DNA from: Lophium mytilinum
Lineage: Eukaryota
DNA length: 64,000 nt
Direction: 5' to 3'
NCBI GenBank assembly: GCA_010093605.1
Contig: MU004203.1
Location: forward strand, 326,391 to 390,390
Notes under the pieces: generated by a model
Seen by the model: only the letters and a program-made list of their open reading frames with translations
What the model was told of the DNA's origin: nothing
The model's database searches: none
Shown: piece after piece, positions 51,494 to 64,000 of the stretch
How the letters are laid out: each line of letters starts with the position of its first letter
Numbering within the stretch: the first letter of the stretch is position 1
Program-made: the position numbers and the translations under genes

Positions 51494-51853
51494 CTCAAAA
51501 GTCTGCGTAAGCTCGCTGGGCCACTGCAGACGGCGCTAAGAGACGGTATGGTCCGAGGATCGGTCATCACGAACTACCTCCACGGCGAAGCATCCACAGG
51601 GACACCAATCTTTCTGCAACTATCCCAATACGAGACGAGAGTTGCTTTGATTTACGCTGCAATTCGAATGTCGCCTCATTGAGCAACGCGGGGGCCCATT
51701 AGGAGGCCATCAGGGCCCACCAGGAGTCCATCAAGAGTCGATCGATTTCGTCACCTCCTCTTACGTGCTACATTCTCATATCTCGCTCTCCGAATTCATT
51801 CCGTGCGCGCCGCTTCATCTCGTACGTCGCCTCCACGACCCGCATCTACTGCT

Positions 51854-53679
51854 ATGGCGTCATCGGTACCTCTATCTACTCTACCGGTTACGAATGCTGC
51901 CTTATCTGCCAACGCAGCGTCGTCTGCTGTTCCTCCTGCGCCATCCTCGAGTCCAATGGCCTCGTCTGCCGCTCCAGCTGCGAGTGTATTTACTGGCGCC
52001 GCTACCCCTGGCGGGCTGGCTGCCTTACCAGCGGCCTACACGGCATCGGCCTCGAATGCAAAGCGAGCTGCCGTCCGTCTCGCGCCAGGCCAGAATCCTA
52101 TAGCCCCGTCGACTGCAGCAGCATCTTTAGCACTTCCAGTACCACCGTCACCCGTTGTTGCTGTACCTTATTCCGCTTTCAGCCCTGCCCGTCGACAGCT
52201 GATCTGCACCCTCGTCGTCTTTGTCATCGTAGCCAGCGCCCTTCCTTCCGATATGCTGCTTCCAATCCTACCGGTTCTTGAACAAAGTCTCAACGTATCT
52301 GTGGAAGGAATCAACGTCATCGTTGCCGCTGGGTTGGCCGTTTCGGTAGCTATTGTGAGTCAAGCTCTTTCTCTCGATTGTCTCAACTGAAGCCTTCTCT
52401 GACCGTCACGAAATAGCCACTTATTCGGAATGACTCAGACTACTTTGGGCGACAGTGGCGGTTCTTGTTCTGGTTGCTCTTCCACGTCGGCGCGAGCACA
52501 GTTCTTTCGGTGCTACCCAATCTCCCGGGCATTTCTTTCGCCTATATCGCCTTTCTAGTTGGGAGAGTCCTCCAAGTGCTTGCAGCCTCCGCTCTCCAGA
52601 CAATCGGTGGAGGCATCATATCAGACATCTCCCCCAAAGACGAGCTAAATCTAGGCACGCTCGCGTTCGCAATTCGGGCCATTCTTGGGCCTCTACTCGG
52701 CGGCTTCATAACGCAATATGGGCAAGGGGAGAGCGGCATCTTCGTCACCTCATGTACATCCCACCCTCCACACCCCTTCTTACCATCCCCGTCGCTCTGC
52801 TGACCCCTTACAACAGGCACCACCATCATCATCCTCTACATCCTCTCCTTCCTCTGCATCCCCGAGACCCTGCGCCCCATCGTCGGCAACGGCGCCCTCT
52901 ACTCCAGCCGCCCCCTCCTCCCCGTCCCCCTCTTCCACCACGAAACCGCCGACCCGCGCCTCTACCCGCCTCACAAGCCCTCCCAGCCCCTACACGACCT
53001 CCGTGCCGGCCTGACACCCCACAAGCTCGCCGTCATGGTCAACAACGCCCTCCTCTTCGGCACCTACTACGCCATCAACGTCACCCTGTGCCGCACCCTC
53101 ACCCACCAGTACCGCTTCACCCCAATCCAGATCGGCGCCGCCTACACCGCCAAGGGCACCGCCATGGCCGCCGGCTGGTACTGCTCGCACCTTGCCACGG
53201 CGCGGTGCCGCGCACACACACCGCTACGCAGCCCCGGCGTGAAACCAGCGCCTGGATACCGTCTGCGGACGCAGGCCGTGGGCGCGGTGCTGTTCTGCTG
53301 CAGCGCGTTGATGTATGCAGCGTTTGTGCATATGAAGTGGCATGCTGCGGGGGTGATTGCGTTTGCTGCGCTCGGTAGACATCCCCTTCTCCTAACCCTC
53401 TTTCGTGCGGAAAGATGTCATGGATGGGGCACGTGCTAATGGTTCGTAGCGGCATTCTGCGTCATCTGGTCCAACTACCAGACAAAGCGGTACCTAGGCA
53501 GTTTCGTGCCGTTCGGGAAGCCGCTGGGTGCGCTGTCGGACCTGATTGGGGCGGTTGTGGCGGCCGTGATGGTTGCCGTGACGCAGCCGCTGGTGGATAG
53601 GTTTGGCATTTTGGGGTTGTTTGGGGTGCTGATGGGGATGCACCTTGTGTGTCTGGGAGTTGTGAGAGGGACGACTTGA
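51854..53679 (+). CDS. Highly divergent DHA1-family MFS transporter (4 exons)
   Basis: The spliced product has PYSAFSPARR, LLPILPVL..SL, SDYFGR (motif A-like), GRVLQ, GGGIISDI, LGPLLGGFI, PETLRPIVGNG and QIGAAY. Introns lie at about 52355-52416, 52753-52816 and 53375-53449. Confidence 0.75.
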
Positions 53680-53999
53680 CAGAAGTGCTAAGAAGCCTTT
53701 GAGAGTTGCTGGGTAAGAATGAGCGGTAAACGGGGCCTCTTGTGGCGGTAAAAAGGGGCGAAGAGGCGAGTGAGTGGGAAAGATTTGCGAGGGAGTGTTC
53801 TTGATGAGATTTCTGGCGCCATTTCGAACGTATCTTTGTACATATATCATTCACGACAATCAGGGGTTGTAAATAATCCTTCTCAGTCACAGAATCTAGT
53901 CACGTGATGGAGCCGCACATGTGTTGTGTTCATGAATCCAATATAAAGCGTACTCGTATTAATTACTAATGACCGCTGAATGTATGCTAAACAGCCAGT

Positions 54000-55138
54000 C
54001 TACCAAAACTTCGGAAACAGCATCGGCGTAGTCTCTTTCCATTGCTGGTAGTCCTTGCGATCTCCATATCGCTTATCATACTTATTCTCGCTGAGTGGGA
54101 TTCCCGAAACCTGATATACGTCAGCAAATCAATCAACAAAGCTTGTAGAGACAGTTCCGATAAAGAAACAAGAACATACCTTCAACAAAAGAAACGACAC
54201 AAACGCAGGACTAACCGTCGCCATCCCCACCACCGTCGCCCTCCCCCCAAACGCCCCGGACAGCCCCAGCCCAACCTGCGCCGGATACCTAACCAGCAAC
54301 CCTCCGGCCGCAACCGCGATCCCCGTCCACAGCGTCATCTCCCCAAAGTAGTTCGGATGCCTGCTCTTCCCCCACAACCCCCTCGTCAAGAACTCCTCGC
54401 TATGTTTCTTGTCCTTCTTTTCCTGCACCCACTGCGACTTCTGCCGATCCGCTGCGATCTCGAACGCGAGCCCGAACACGAACAAGCCCATGCCAAGCAC
54501 ATCGGTGAGGAAAGGGGCGGCGGGCAGGACACTAAACGTATCTCCCACGTTCTTGAAGCGGTAGAGGCTAAACGCGCTACGGGGAAGCGCGTTAACCGCG
54601 ATAACGGGCATCAGACACAGCGAGACCCAAGTCGCCTGCGCCATCCAAGCGCCAAAGAACTTCGGCGGGGATTTGCGGATCTCGTCGAAGCGGGAGTCGT
54701 GGCCATCAGCCGAGATGCGCTTGAAGAGATACGTGCCAACTATAAGCATCCAGTCTCAGAACGTTCGTGTAATTGGGGAAGTGTAGGGGGGATCTTACGT
54801 CTCGTAGCCCAAATCCCCACCGCAGCGCTCAACACAGCCTGCCGCCAGAACCATAAGCTCTGCCCCGGCGCCGGCGCTTTCAGGTACTCGAGAATGCCGC
54901 CGCTGGCAGCGCCTGCGGCCCGGGCGCGGAGGTAGGGCAGGCTGAAGCTGAAGGCGGTGCAGGAGAGGTAGGTTAGGCTGCCGGAGAGGTCGTAGAAGCG
55001 CTCGGATTGCGCGGCGATGGACGGGACGGCGAAGGCGGCTTGGATGCCGTATGCTAGAGCTACTGAGGGGACGACGGTACGGAGTAGTGGGTTGCGGAAT
55101 GCGGTTAGGGCGAGGAAGCTGTTGAGTAGACCTGGCAT
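54000..55138 (-). CDS. DUF1295 (steroid 5-alpha-reductase C-terminal-like) membrane protein, 3 exons
   Basis: SERFYDLSGSLTY, WATR/GTYLFKRI..GHDSRFD, FEIAADRQK and GLWGKSRHPNYFGE. The last exon is VSGIPLSENKYDKRYG..YQQWKETTPMLFPKFW*. Confidence 0.9.
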
Positions 55139-56005
55139 TGTGATGGTAGTTGATTTATTTTAGATCGCTTGGGGAATGAAGGGGTGGGGGAAATAAAGCA
55201 CGTTGAATGGGTTTTACTAGTGTTCAAGACGCGTCTTTATATGAATAGAGCTTGCAAGCTGTTGGCAACATGACGGAGGCCGCAAACACCGAGAGACCGT
55301 TGCCTGGTCGTTGTTCGATGTTGATATTGGTGGGTCTGCATGGGGGTGGTTGATGGTCCATTCGGCTTCGAGATCGACGTCGTCATAGACAGATCGTCCC
55401 TCGTCGCTCGCCAAGACTCGTGAATACGGTACTACGCTTTTTTACATTCCAATCAATTAACAAGGGCATATTGATAGTGTCGTAGAAGCAGGTGTGCCCT
55501 GTCTATCGCTGACGGAATCAAAATACTAGGGGAACTTTTCGCATTCTGATCCCATATGAGTGTGCCCAATGTTCTGGACGCAGGTGTGTACATACATATG
55601 TTCATTTTATGACACTCTCAAGTTGTCGAGGGATGAAATTGTCCATCTCATATATAGCTTACTAGCATCTCTCCGCGACTAAATAGAACTACTATCACAG
55701 TCAAGTCAACTTAATGTGTAGACCCGACGGAAGGCTAAAACAAGACCAAAGTCCACTCAAGAACCTATCACAAAGCCACATGAACCAAATCAAGACAAAC
55801 GAACTGCCATGTATGCGCATAGACCTGCCTACCTACATCCAGGAAATGCCCACAACGCGTCCATCCAAAAACGCCTCGCATACCCCCCACGCCTCGCGAC
55901 CCATTCCCTGCAGCTCGCAGAACCCAAAAGCAATCAAAAGCGCGCATCAAGGATATTCGCCGGAAAACAACAACAATACAGGAACCCCTACTCTCACTCT
56001 CACGC

Positions 56006-59000
56006 TCATTTCCTGAACCCCGCTGCCACATCCTCCATCCGCCACTCAATCTCCACCTCACTCGAATACACTTCCTGGTTTACTCGCACCGCCCGGTTCC
56101 AGATGTCCTCATACATCTTCTCGCACTCCTTCAGTACCTTGGCGACTAAGTTACGGCTGAGGCCTGGGTCATCCGCGTCGCCGTAGTGCTTGTCGACTCG
56201 CTTCTTGAGAGCTTCAATACCGCGACGCAGTTCCTTGCCGTCGTGGGCGGAGACAAGTTTCTTGAAGAGGGGACGGGCGTGGGAGGAGCGAGCTGCGAGG
56301 CTGGTGGGGGGTGTGCCGGGAGGGATGGAGGCGAGGAGTGATTCTGTGGATTCAAGGAATTCCTGCAATGAAGTATTAGTAACGACGTTGAATAACAGAG
56401 TTGAAGTGCATGACATACCAACAGCTTCCCCATCGGCCGCCGGATTACGGCATCCACATACAGCGCCATATGCTCGTTCATCTCTTCCGCAGCCTTTTGG
56501 CGCCATTCACCAAGTACAATATCTCCCCGCTCATCGACTTCCTCGATGTAGTGGTTCATGTTCTCGATTAGGAGGATGTGATAGTTCAACGCTTCTTTGT
56601 CTTCAGGATCACCTTGGCCTTGGGTAGCCATGACAGCGGGCGATTCCTTAGCAATGACCTTTAAGCTCTCGAACATAGCCTTGTTGATCTTTCCATACGC
56701 ATCGTCGACCATAATACGGACGTCTAACCGCTCTGGATCGTCGGCTGGAGGAAGCATATTCTCGATGGCGATCGAGAAATGCGGGAAAGTTTTGATGAAC
56801 GCAATGACGCCTTTGCGCTTCTTAATCTTGACTTTGGTGTCTTCAATAGCTCGAATCTGCTCATCCACGAAGCGGGCGAAGAGTCCAGTGAGACGCTCTT
56901 GTATCTTCTGCAAAGTACGCGTAATGAAGTCCTGGTTCGTATCCTCGAGCTCGAGGAGTTTTCGGTCGATGGCACATAGAACACCAACACCCTGCAAAGG
57001 GTCTGCCTCAATGGCCCATTGCATCAGGTTCTGCATCATGTTGTGCCAGGTAGAGAACATGTCTTCCATAACCTCCGTGACGCGCTTTGCCATGGCTCGA
57101 TCAGGTTCGTAAAGCTTACGAGCAAACAGATTTGCGCCATGGCGACCTTCCGGTGGAGCTGCATTGACTGCATCTGGGAAGTCAAGATTCTCAGATGTCG
57201 TGGCATGGAAGAACTCGGTGATGAAATTCTGCTCGGTGAAGATGAGAGGTGACATCTCGTCCAATGCGCTGGAAAAGGCTTCAAAAGGATGCAATTTACC
57301 CTTCTGAGCTTTCTCTGACTTTGCTTCCTTATCACCAGATGCTGACCGAAGACCTCTGGCAAGCGTCTGGCTGCGCTTAACAGTCAATTTTCGAGCGGCA
57401 CCAGTAAGGGATTCCGTCTCCTTTTCCGGGGCCGTGAAAAGTAACTCCTGTTCGTCTCCGGTAGGTTTACGAGCCTGCTTTTGCCATGCCTTGGCGTTGT
57501 ATGTCATCTCAGTCAAATAGAGGGGACGTGCTTTAGACTGGTATATGGTGAGAAGCTCATTCCAGGAAAGATCGTCAACTTCTTTAGCAAACAGCATGAG
57601 CGGACTGTACTTCCACAAGGCGTTCCTCGCAAGATCATGGACGCCGACATCGAGTTTGGTAGATGGCTTGGAACTATCTTTCATCTGTCGGTCGATAGCG
57701 TCTTTGGTGTTCATTAGAACAGCGCCGAAGGTAACATCCATGAATGTTTTCAGGCGACCCATGAACATGGTGCTCTCGCTAATGTATCGGTCTCTTTTCT
57801 CCTGTAGGGCTCGCATGGTGGCAAGCTCACTATTGCCGAATCCGGTTGTGTTCGAGAATTTCGACTGGTCTTCCGCGGCACCGGTTCGACTCCCTTGTGC
57901 CAAAGCCGGATCAATCGTGATCATAGCCTTGTACAACAACATTAGTGATGACTCTATAGCGTCTAGGCCCTCGATTTTAGCTATTGGCGCTCCGCGTAGG
58001 GGTTCTAGTTGGTCAGTGGTGATAGAGATCGTGGTGACCAGATGATTGAGCTCGGTTTGAAGAAGTTTCTGGTTAGCTGTCTGGACTTGGAGACCCTGGC
58101 CTTGGGCTTCTATGAAGGCAATGTCATCATTGAGACTCTATAGGTGGGAATTAGTAAGATATGAGCGTGCAAAAATGGAAAAAGCTTTTCGGTGTTGAGA
58201 TAAAATGGAAGACTCACACTAAGCTCAACGTTGTATAGCGTCAGCAGGCCTTCAAGTTCGTCACACTCAGCAATCGCTCGGTCCAACATCCTCTCAACAG
58301 CATCGACGCGGTCATCTTTTTGCTCCAAGTGACCTAGCCAGCTCCCGGCTTCGACACGACCAAGTTCTCGTCGAACATCTGTTTCTAGCAATTCTATTTT
58401 CTTGGTGTGGAGTTCACTACTCCCCCAACCAAAGTCGATCAAAGTCGCCTCGAAATCGAGACCTCTGCCGTCCAGAATCCCTGGATCGATGCCAAGCTTC
58501 GACAAGTATTTGGTATCGTGATTTGACCGTCTCTTTTGCCGTCGGAGCTCAACTTCATTTTCGTTTACGGATTTCGCTTTTTCTGGACTTGGAGATCTTG
58601 ACTTCGACCGTACAACGGCTTCCGAAATCGTCTTTGGTGGACCAGCTGAGGTAGGACTTGAGACAGTAACAGACGGAACGTGATCCCCGGTATCTATCTT
58701 TGGCACCTCTCTTGACCCCCTTTCGGGTATTGGTGGTTTCTCTGGCTCCACTGGTTCCGTTGACGGCTCTAGCTCCACTTTGGGTTCCTCCTTAGCGACC
58801 GGCCGTGGCGCCTTGAACACTCCACTTATACCATCAGCTTCGTCTGATGTTTTCTGCTGGTCCTTTAAGAGGAGCTTCTCTCCAGCGCCCCCAGCGCGAG
58901 GCTTGAAGGCGTTGTAGGCGAAAGCGGCCTTGCGCAACACGTTGGCGACCTCGGTTGGAGGCTTCTTCTTGACCATTGGTCCCAATCCAGGTCTGCTTAC

Positions 59001-60854
59001 CTCCTCATTTTGAGGCGAAAGGGGCTGCACAGGTGGCGCCGGCTCTGATACAGCAACTGGAGCAGCTGGTTCCGGAGTAGCTGGCTGTGGTTCCCTTGCT
59101 CTTATCGGTATCTCTGGCACTACAGTCTCCGGGGGCGGTTGTGGGGGTTCCGGTGTTCGCACTGGTTCTGGAGCAGGAGATTGAAACGCTCCTGGCATCC
59201 TTACAGACTTGTCTTCTGCTGTACCCCTGGTGGGTGGGCGGCTTCCGAGAGGAGTTTGGAGGGGAGTTGAGAAATCCTCGACAGATTCGCTTCCCATACT
59301 GCGTTGACTTGATGGGGCCGCTGGCATCGGAGGTCTTCGTCTCTCGGGTGGCACATTCCGGGCCCGATCCTCTGGTGATGGCTCCTCATTGCGCGAAAGT
59401 ATTGAGCTACCGTTACTCTGCGCAGTTCCGGGACGGAGTCCCAGAGGAGAAGGCTCTCTTCGACCAGGGGGAGCATTCCCATTTGGTCGTCGTCTCTCAG
59501 GTGCAGAAATTCCCAATCCAGTTTGCTCAAGCGCTGGCTCTTCCATAGACCTTCCGTCGTCTGACGGAGAGGGTCGTCTCTTAGGGCTCTGTCCAGATAT
59601 GAGGCTGGGAGGCAACGTATTAATGCCGCTTTCGGGGGTAGTAGGGCGGTTTTGAGAGACTTCAGAGCGCGAAGATTGTGGTGTAAGGCGTTGCGAGGAG
59701 GCAAATGAGCCTGCCGTGGATCCGGGACCTCCACGTTGACCTGGCGGAATTGGTGGAGGTCTCATCTGTTCCCGACTTGGCGGTTGACGCATGCCCCTTT
59801 CCATTGAGGGCTGTGGTCTGGGCTGCCTCGATGGATCCCTTGCCCCGAAATACGGAGCATTCGGCTGTGGTCCATATGATGACGGATCGCGCATAGGTGG
59901 TGGTCTTCTGCCATCATCGTCCGCAGTTCCTGGACGACTACGCGGCATCGGCGGTGGACGGCCAATACCTGGTGGTCCTGAGGGTTCCGGGGAAGTGTCA
60001 GGAGGATATCCGCGGCTTGGACTACGCTGTTGTCCCGGCCTGGGAGGCGGAGGGCCTGGTCTTCCCTGTCCAGGCGGCGGTCGGGGTGATAAGGCCCCTG
60101 AAGGGCCAAGCAGCACCTCAGTTTCTCTGGCACTGAATCCAATGAGCTCTGGTACTCTTCCCTGGGTGTATTTGCGGAAAATCTTGACGAGACTGCCAAT
60201 GAAGAACTCCTTCTCTTTCGCTGTTCCAGCCTCCCAATAATATGGCTTTGCGACCGTCACAATGAACCCAATATCTTTCGCCCATTCCTTTCGCTTCGCC
60301 TCTTCTTCGTTAGTGGGAGAGGAATTGGCAAAGGTCTCCACCGCTGTAAGGTCCTCCATGTTCCAAGTCTTGCCAATCGAGAAGGATCCATTGGGATTCT
60401 CTCGAGCTTTATGCATTCGCACTCTTCCCGAGCTCTTTACCGATACAAGAATGATGCGCGGCTTTTTATTATTTGGAGGCGACTCGGGGGGTGGTGGAGA
60501 TTGAGGGTACTGTGAGTCCTCCTGGATACGAATATGCGTGATGTAGGATTCCGCGACTGTATATGATATTTAGCTTCTATCTCTAGGCGAAGATATCTCT
60601 CAAGCTGGAGCAGGCTTACGAGCACCACTAGGGTCCGTCTTGCTGAACAAGCTCTCTGTGATACGCCTCCGCTCGTCTTCAAAGCGCTCGGCGCGGGTCA
60701 TCCCCCCTGTCGGCGGAGTTCCCATCGCAGGCGCAGGAGGAGAAGTCATGGATGTTCCGGGAGGGCCAGGAGGTCTTCTGCCCTCCATACTAGGTCTCCG
60801 TCCCCCAGGTGCTCCATTGGGTCGATTGCGCGGCGGTGGATAGTTTCCGTCCAT
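56006..60854 (-). CDS. sec3: Exocyst complex component Sec3, multi-exon
   Basis: N-terminal TRAERFEDERRRITESLFSK and PH-type SFSIGKTWNMEDL...YYWEA..KEKEFF. A Pro-rich linker leads to a coiled coil (ECDELEGLLTLYNVEL, IEAQGQGLQVQTANQKLL) and a C-terminal EDKEALNYHILLIENMNHY. Confidence 0.93.
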
Positions 60855-62093
60855 GGTGTACTAGGTATGACGGCGCGACGTCACACGAGCTTACCCATAC
60901 AAACAGGCGGTACAAAGCTTGCGGTAATGCTGGGATACAAACTTAAAGCCTGTCATGTCTCTATAGGGTGTAGGTGGGTGCTGGCCATGGAGTTGAGCGG
61001 GAGTCAGTGGGTGAATGCTGTCCTTGGGTCGACCGAGACAAGCTGGTGGAATGCGACGTAGGTTCGCCAGGAAGCGCCGCACGAGCAAGGGAGCTCTAGA
61101 AGTAAAGCGGAAAGAAGAGAAGCACCTTAAGGCGATAGCAAGGTGAATATAGGCGTGGGCGGAGGCGATGGCGAGTGCCGTCTGTGAGGTCTACGGTTGA
61201 CGTTTGGGCATCGCCGACATCACGGCGCTAGGTCTGAAGCGTGTTAGCTGCTAGCCCTGGAGTCGTTCCGTGCCTCAACACCTCCACAACGTCTATCGTG
61301 ACAATATATATTCTGAATATCACAGTGTTGACGGCAGCTTCCAGCTCAGTTTCGGAGATATTTGCGATTAACCTCTTTTTCTACAAGAAAGCAGCATAGT
61401 CGACCGTCTGTGCTATCCCTTATAATTCAACTATAGACGCTAAGAGTTTCAACACCACATCTTATATCATTAACACGCTCTTTCGACATGGTAGCAGTCA
61501 CGAGCCTCGTTCTTAGGCTAACAAAGAAGTTTTTCACAAAGCTGTTCTGGCCGAGACCGGCTTATTTCGACATTACGCCTGCTCCAGAATGCACCAATTG
61601 AAACATCGCAGCATCAGAAACAGCCTTCAAGCCAAACCAAAAGATCCAATACTACTTATCCAGCGCTAAAGTTACCTATTCAACCCAAACAGTTGCTAAC
61701 CAAAATGTCCAAAACAAATACCAAGCCCAACCCTCCCAACAACCCAATCCCATGTCCCTTTAATGCCCAAACCCGTACCCGGTGTGCCCCACCACAAGCT
61801 CCACCCAACCCGTTCCTGTAACGCCTCTTCTAATACCCCCCCGAGTGCCTCACCATCTCGCCCCCCCGGTTTCTCACGTGGTTCGTCGCATTTGGGTTTT
61901 TCTGGTGTCTTGGAGGGAACAGGTCAGCCACCGCTCTCCACAACTCTCCGTTCATCCCCGGCCGTCAATCATCTAATCGGCCTCCTCAACCTCAATGTTC
62001 GTCTCTCTCTCTTTTCTCACGAACCCGAACCTCCAAGACAGAGGTGTGTTGGTATACTGGCCATTTAGGCAAATGTGGGGTAGGGAGTGGCAC

Positions 62094-63609
62094 TCACTTT
62101 TTAACGATACGCTCAATGGCGTCCATTCCCTTCTCGAGGATGTCCATAGTCGGGCCGTAGGAGATACGGACGAAATCTGTTGAAGGTTGTTAAGACTGGG
62201 GAAGGATGGTATGGTACAGTGAGCACTTACGATGGCAAGGACTATCAAACAGATCTCGCCTCTTGCTCGGGTTCAAATCGAAAAAGATACCTGGCACTAC
62301 GATGACCTTCTCCTCCAAACACGCCGAAAAGAAGTTCAGCCCATCGTTAATCGACTCCGGTAGACAGCTCAGATCCAGCCACAGATAGAACGTGCTGTTC
62401 GGCAAGAACGGGAGCTTGAACCCCATTGCCTCGAGGCGTTGAATCACATAGTCGCGCTTCATGCGGAAGTGTGTCTGCAGCGCGCGCATCTCGTGCCGCA
62501 CACGGTTCGGCTCGAGCATCTGCACGGCGGCTTCTTGGAAGGGCACGTTGGTGCCGCCGTCTAAGTAGGAACCACACGAGCCGATAGCTTTAATGAATTC
62601 CTTGGGCCCGAGAATCCACGCAACACGCCAGCCGGGAAGGCGGAACCGCTTGGTCAGCCCGTCAATGATGAGCACGTCGTCTTCGTCGACATCTTCGACG
62701 TTGTCGGCGGACGAGATGACGGTACCGTCGCAATCGGTGGTGTAGTTGTAACCCTATCGACGGTTAGTGAAAGCTTGGGTTACGAAGCTTTCGGCTACGA
62801 TTCTAGCTACTTACACAGTAAAACTCGTCCATGATCAGTGTTGCACGATCACGGCAGATGTTCTGGATCTGAGCCAATTCCGGATTGGTTATGATCTGAC
62901 CAGTCGGGTTCCTTGGATTCGAGGTCAAGATGACCGAAGTACCTCTGGCGATCTCTTCTGCGATCTTGTCAGGGTGCAGATGGTAGCCGTCTTCCCTAGA
63001 CAAAGGGATAGGAATAGGGGCGATCTACGACGAATTAGCTCTATTATAGACCTAGCTGTGCCCTCCTTCTCAACTTACGTTCTTGAATAGCGACAACATC
63101 TCATTGTACGCCGTATAATCCGGGATGAAAAATCCCAGGTACGCATTGCCCAACACCGCCGCAATCCGAATCAAACCGGCCCTACCGCCAGGCACAATGC
63201 ACACGTTCTCCCACGTATACTGGCTCTTCCGCCACTTGCGATGATGCTGGTTGTACATGTTCGCGACCGCCTCTCTCAATGGTCTGATACCCGCCGTCGG
63301 GCCATACTCGCGCCCAGTCATGGAGATATCAATAGTGTGAGGGCGTTCGAAGCACCCCTGGATGTCATCGTCAACCTCCGGGGCACCTTGGCCAAGGTTC
63401 GCCCATGCCTCTGGGTTCTCAGCGAAGCCGTGCTCGTAGGCGCGCTCGGAAGTCCAGACGACGCCGGTAGAGGCGCGGGTCGGGTCGAGGCCGGCGTGGG
63501 GCTTGTGGCCTTCGTGGGAGGAGCGAAATTGGCGATGAATCTTCGAGTTGAGTTCTGCATGTTTTCTTACTTCAGTAGGGCTCTCGGGGAGGGGGATTGT
63601 GAAGGACAT
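62094..63609 (-). CDS. PLP-dependent class I/II aminotransferase (aspartate aminotransferase-like), multi-exon
   Basis: NLGQGAPE, YGPTAGIRPLREAVA, PGGRAGL, SNPRNPTG, IMDEFY, DGLTKRFRLPGWRVAW (PLP lysine), VPGIFFD and VRISYG. The C-terminus ends either at VKK* (62094) or after a possible extra intron at about 61973. Confidence 0.9.
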
Positions 63610-64000
63610 CTTGTGTCGTAGGGATATGGCAAAAAAGGGAGCTGAGAGAAACACAAGGAAAACTACACAGAAATGAAGCTACATAAAGAAGAACCCTCGA
63701 ATTGAGGGCTGGAAAAAGGGAATTGCACTGCGGGGCACCGATCCCCAGGTACCCCAGAGGTACAGGATGCATCTGCAGTCCAGCCTCCTTAATCCCCAGC
63801 TTACAGGCGCTCCGAAAGAAGAAAATGCGATCAAATCAGTCTGAGGTGCATGCCGCAAACCCACCGCCAGCACGAGCTCCTTCTGCGACCATTGACTGGA
63901 TACATCGTGAAGCCCGAAGTGGCCCCAATCACCTCGCAGTAGCAGCATGCCGCTACAAACGCGACGCTCCGTAGCTCCAAAAGCTGCATGACGTGTGTGG

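Noticed and set aside
39315..53679. Secondary-metabolite cluster (flavin oxidase, GMC oxidase, MFS transporter)
   Set aside because: There is no PKS, NRPS or terpene backbone gene and no cluster transcription factor, and the genes are interspersed with housekeeping loci.

Overview
This is a gene-dense, intron-containing chromosome segment of a filamentous ascomycete (Pezizomycotina). It has GT-AG introns with CTAAC-type branch sites. I found no rRNA, tRNA, CRISPR array or intact transposon. Conserved core genes are wetA (5'-truncated), rib7, ubc12, ilv5, a class III chitin synthase, a DUF218 protein, a Btz/CASC3 protein, sly1, a probable PNUTS/Ppn1-type PP1 regulator, an F-box protein, a GMC oxidoreductase, an EngB/Mrx8 GTPase head-to-head with fmc1, a divergent DHA1 MFS transporter, a DUF1295 protein, sec3 and a class I/II aminotransferase. 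The most unusual part is an accessory-looking block at about 30-41 kb. It holds (i) an intronless DUF924/calmodulin-like EF-hand fusion and (ii) two tandem paralogous intronless genes that I cannot assign to a family. Those two genes are built on long G-x-x-x (GRQQGLQY) repeats, have conserved N- and C-termini and end in W-COOH; one has a promoter element amplified into a 4 x 78-bp array. The block also contains (iii) a decayed ankyrin-repeat pseudogene, (iv) a small membrane protein and (v) a secreted flavin oxidase. Several loci show an abrupt switch from C-rich to G-rich sequence. All gene names come from motif recognition by eye; no database searches were run.
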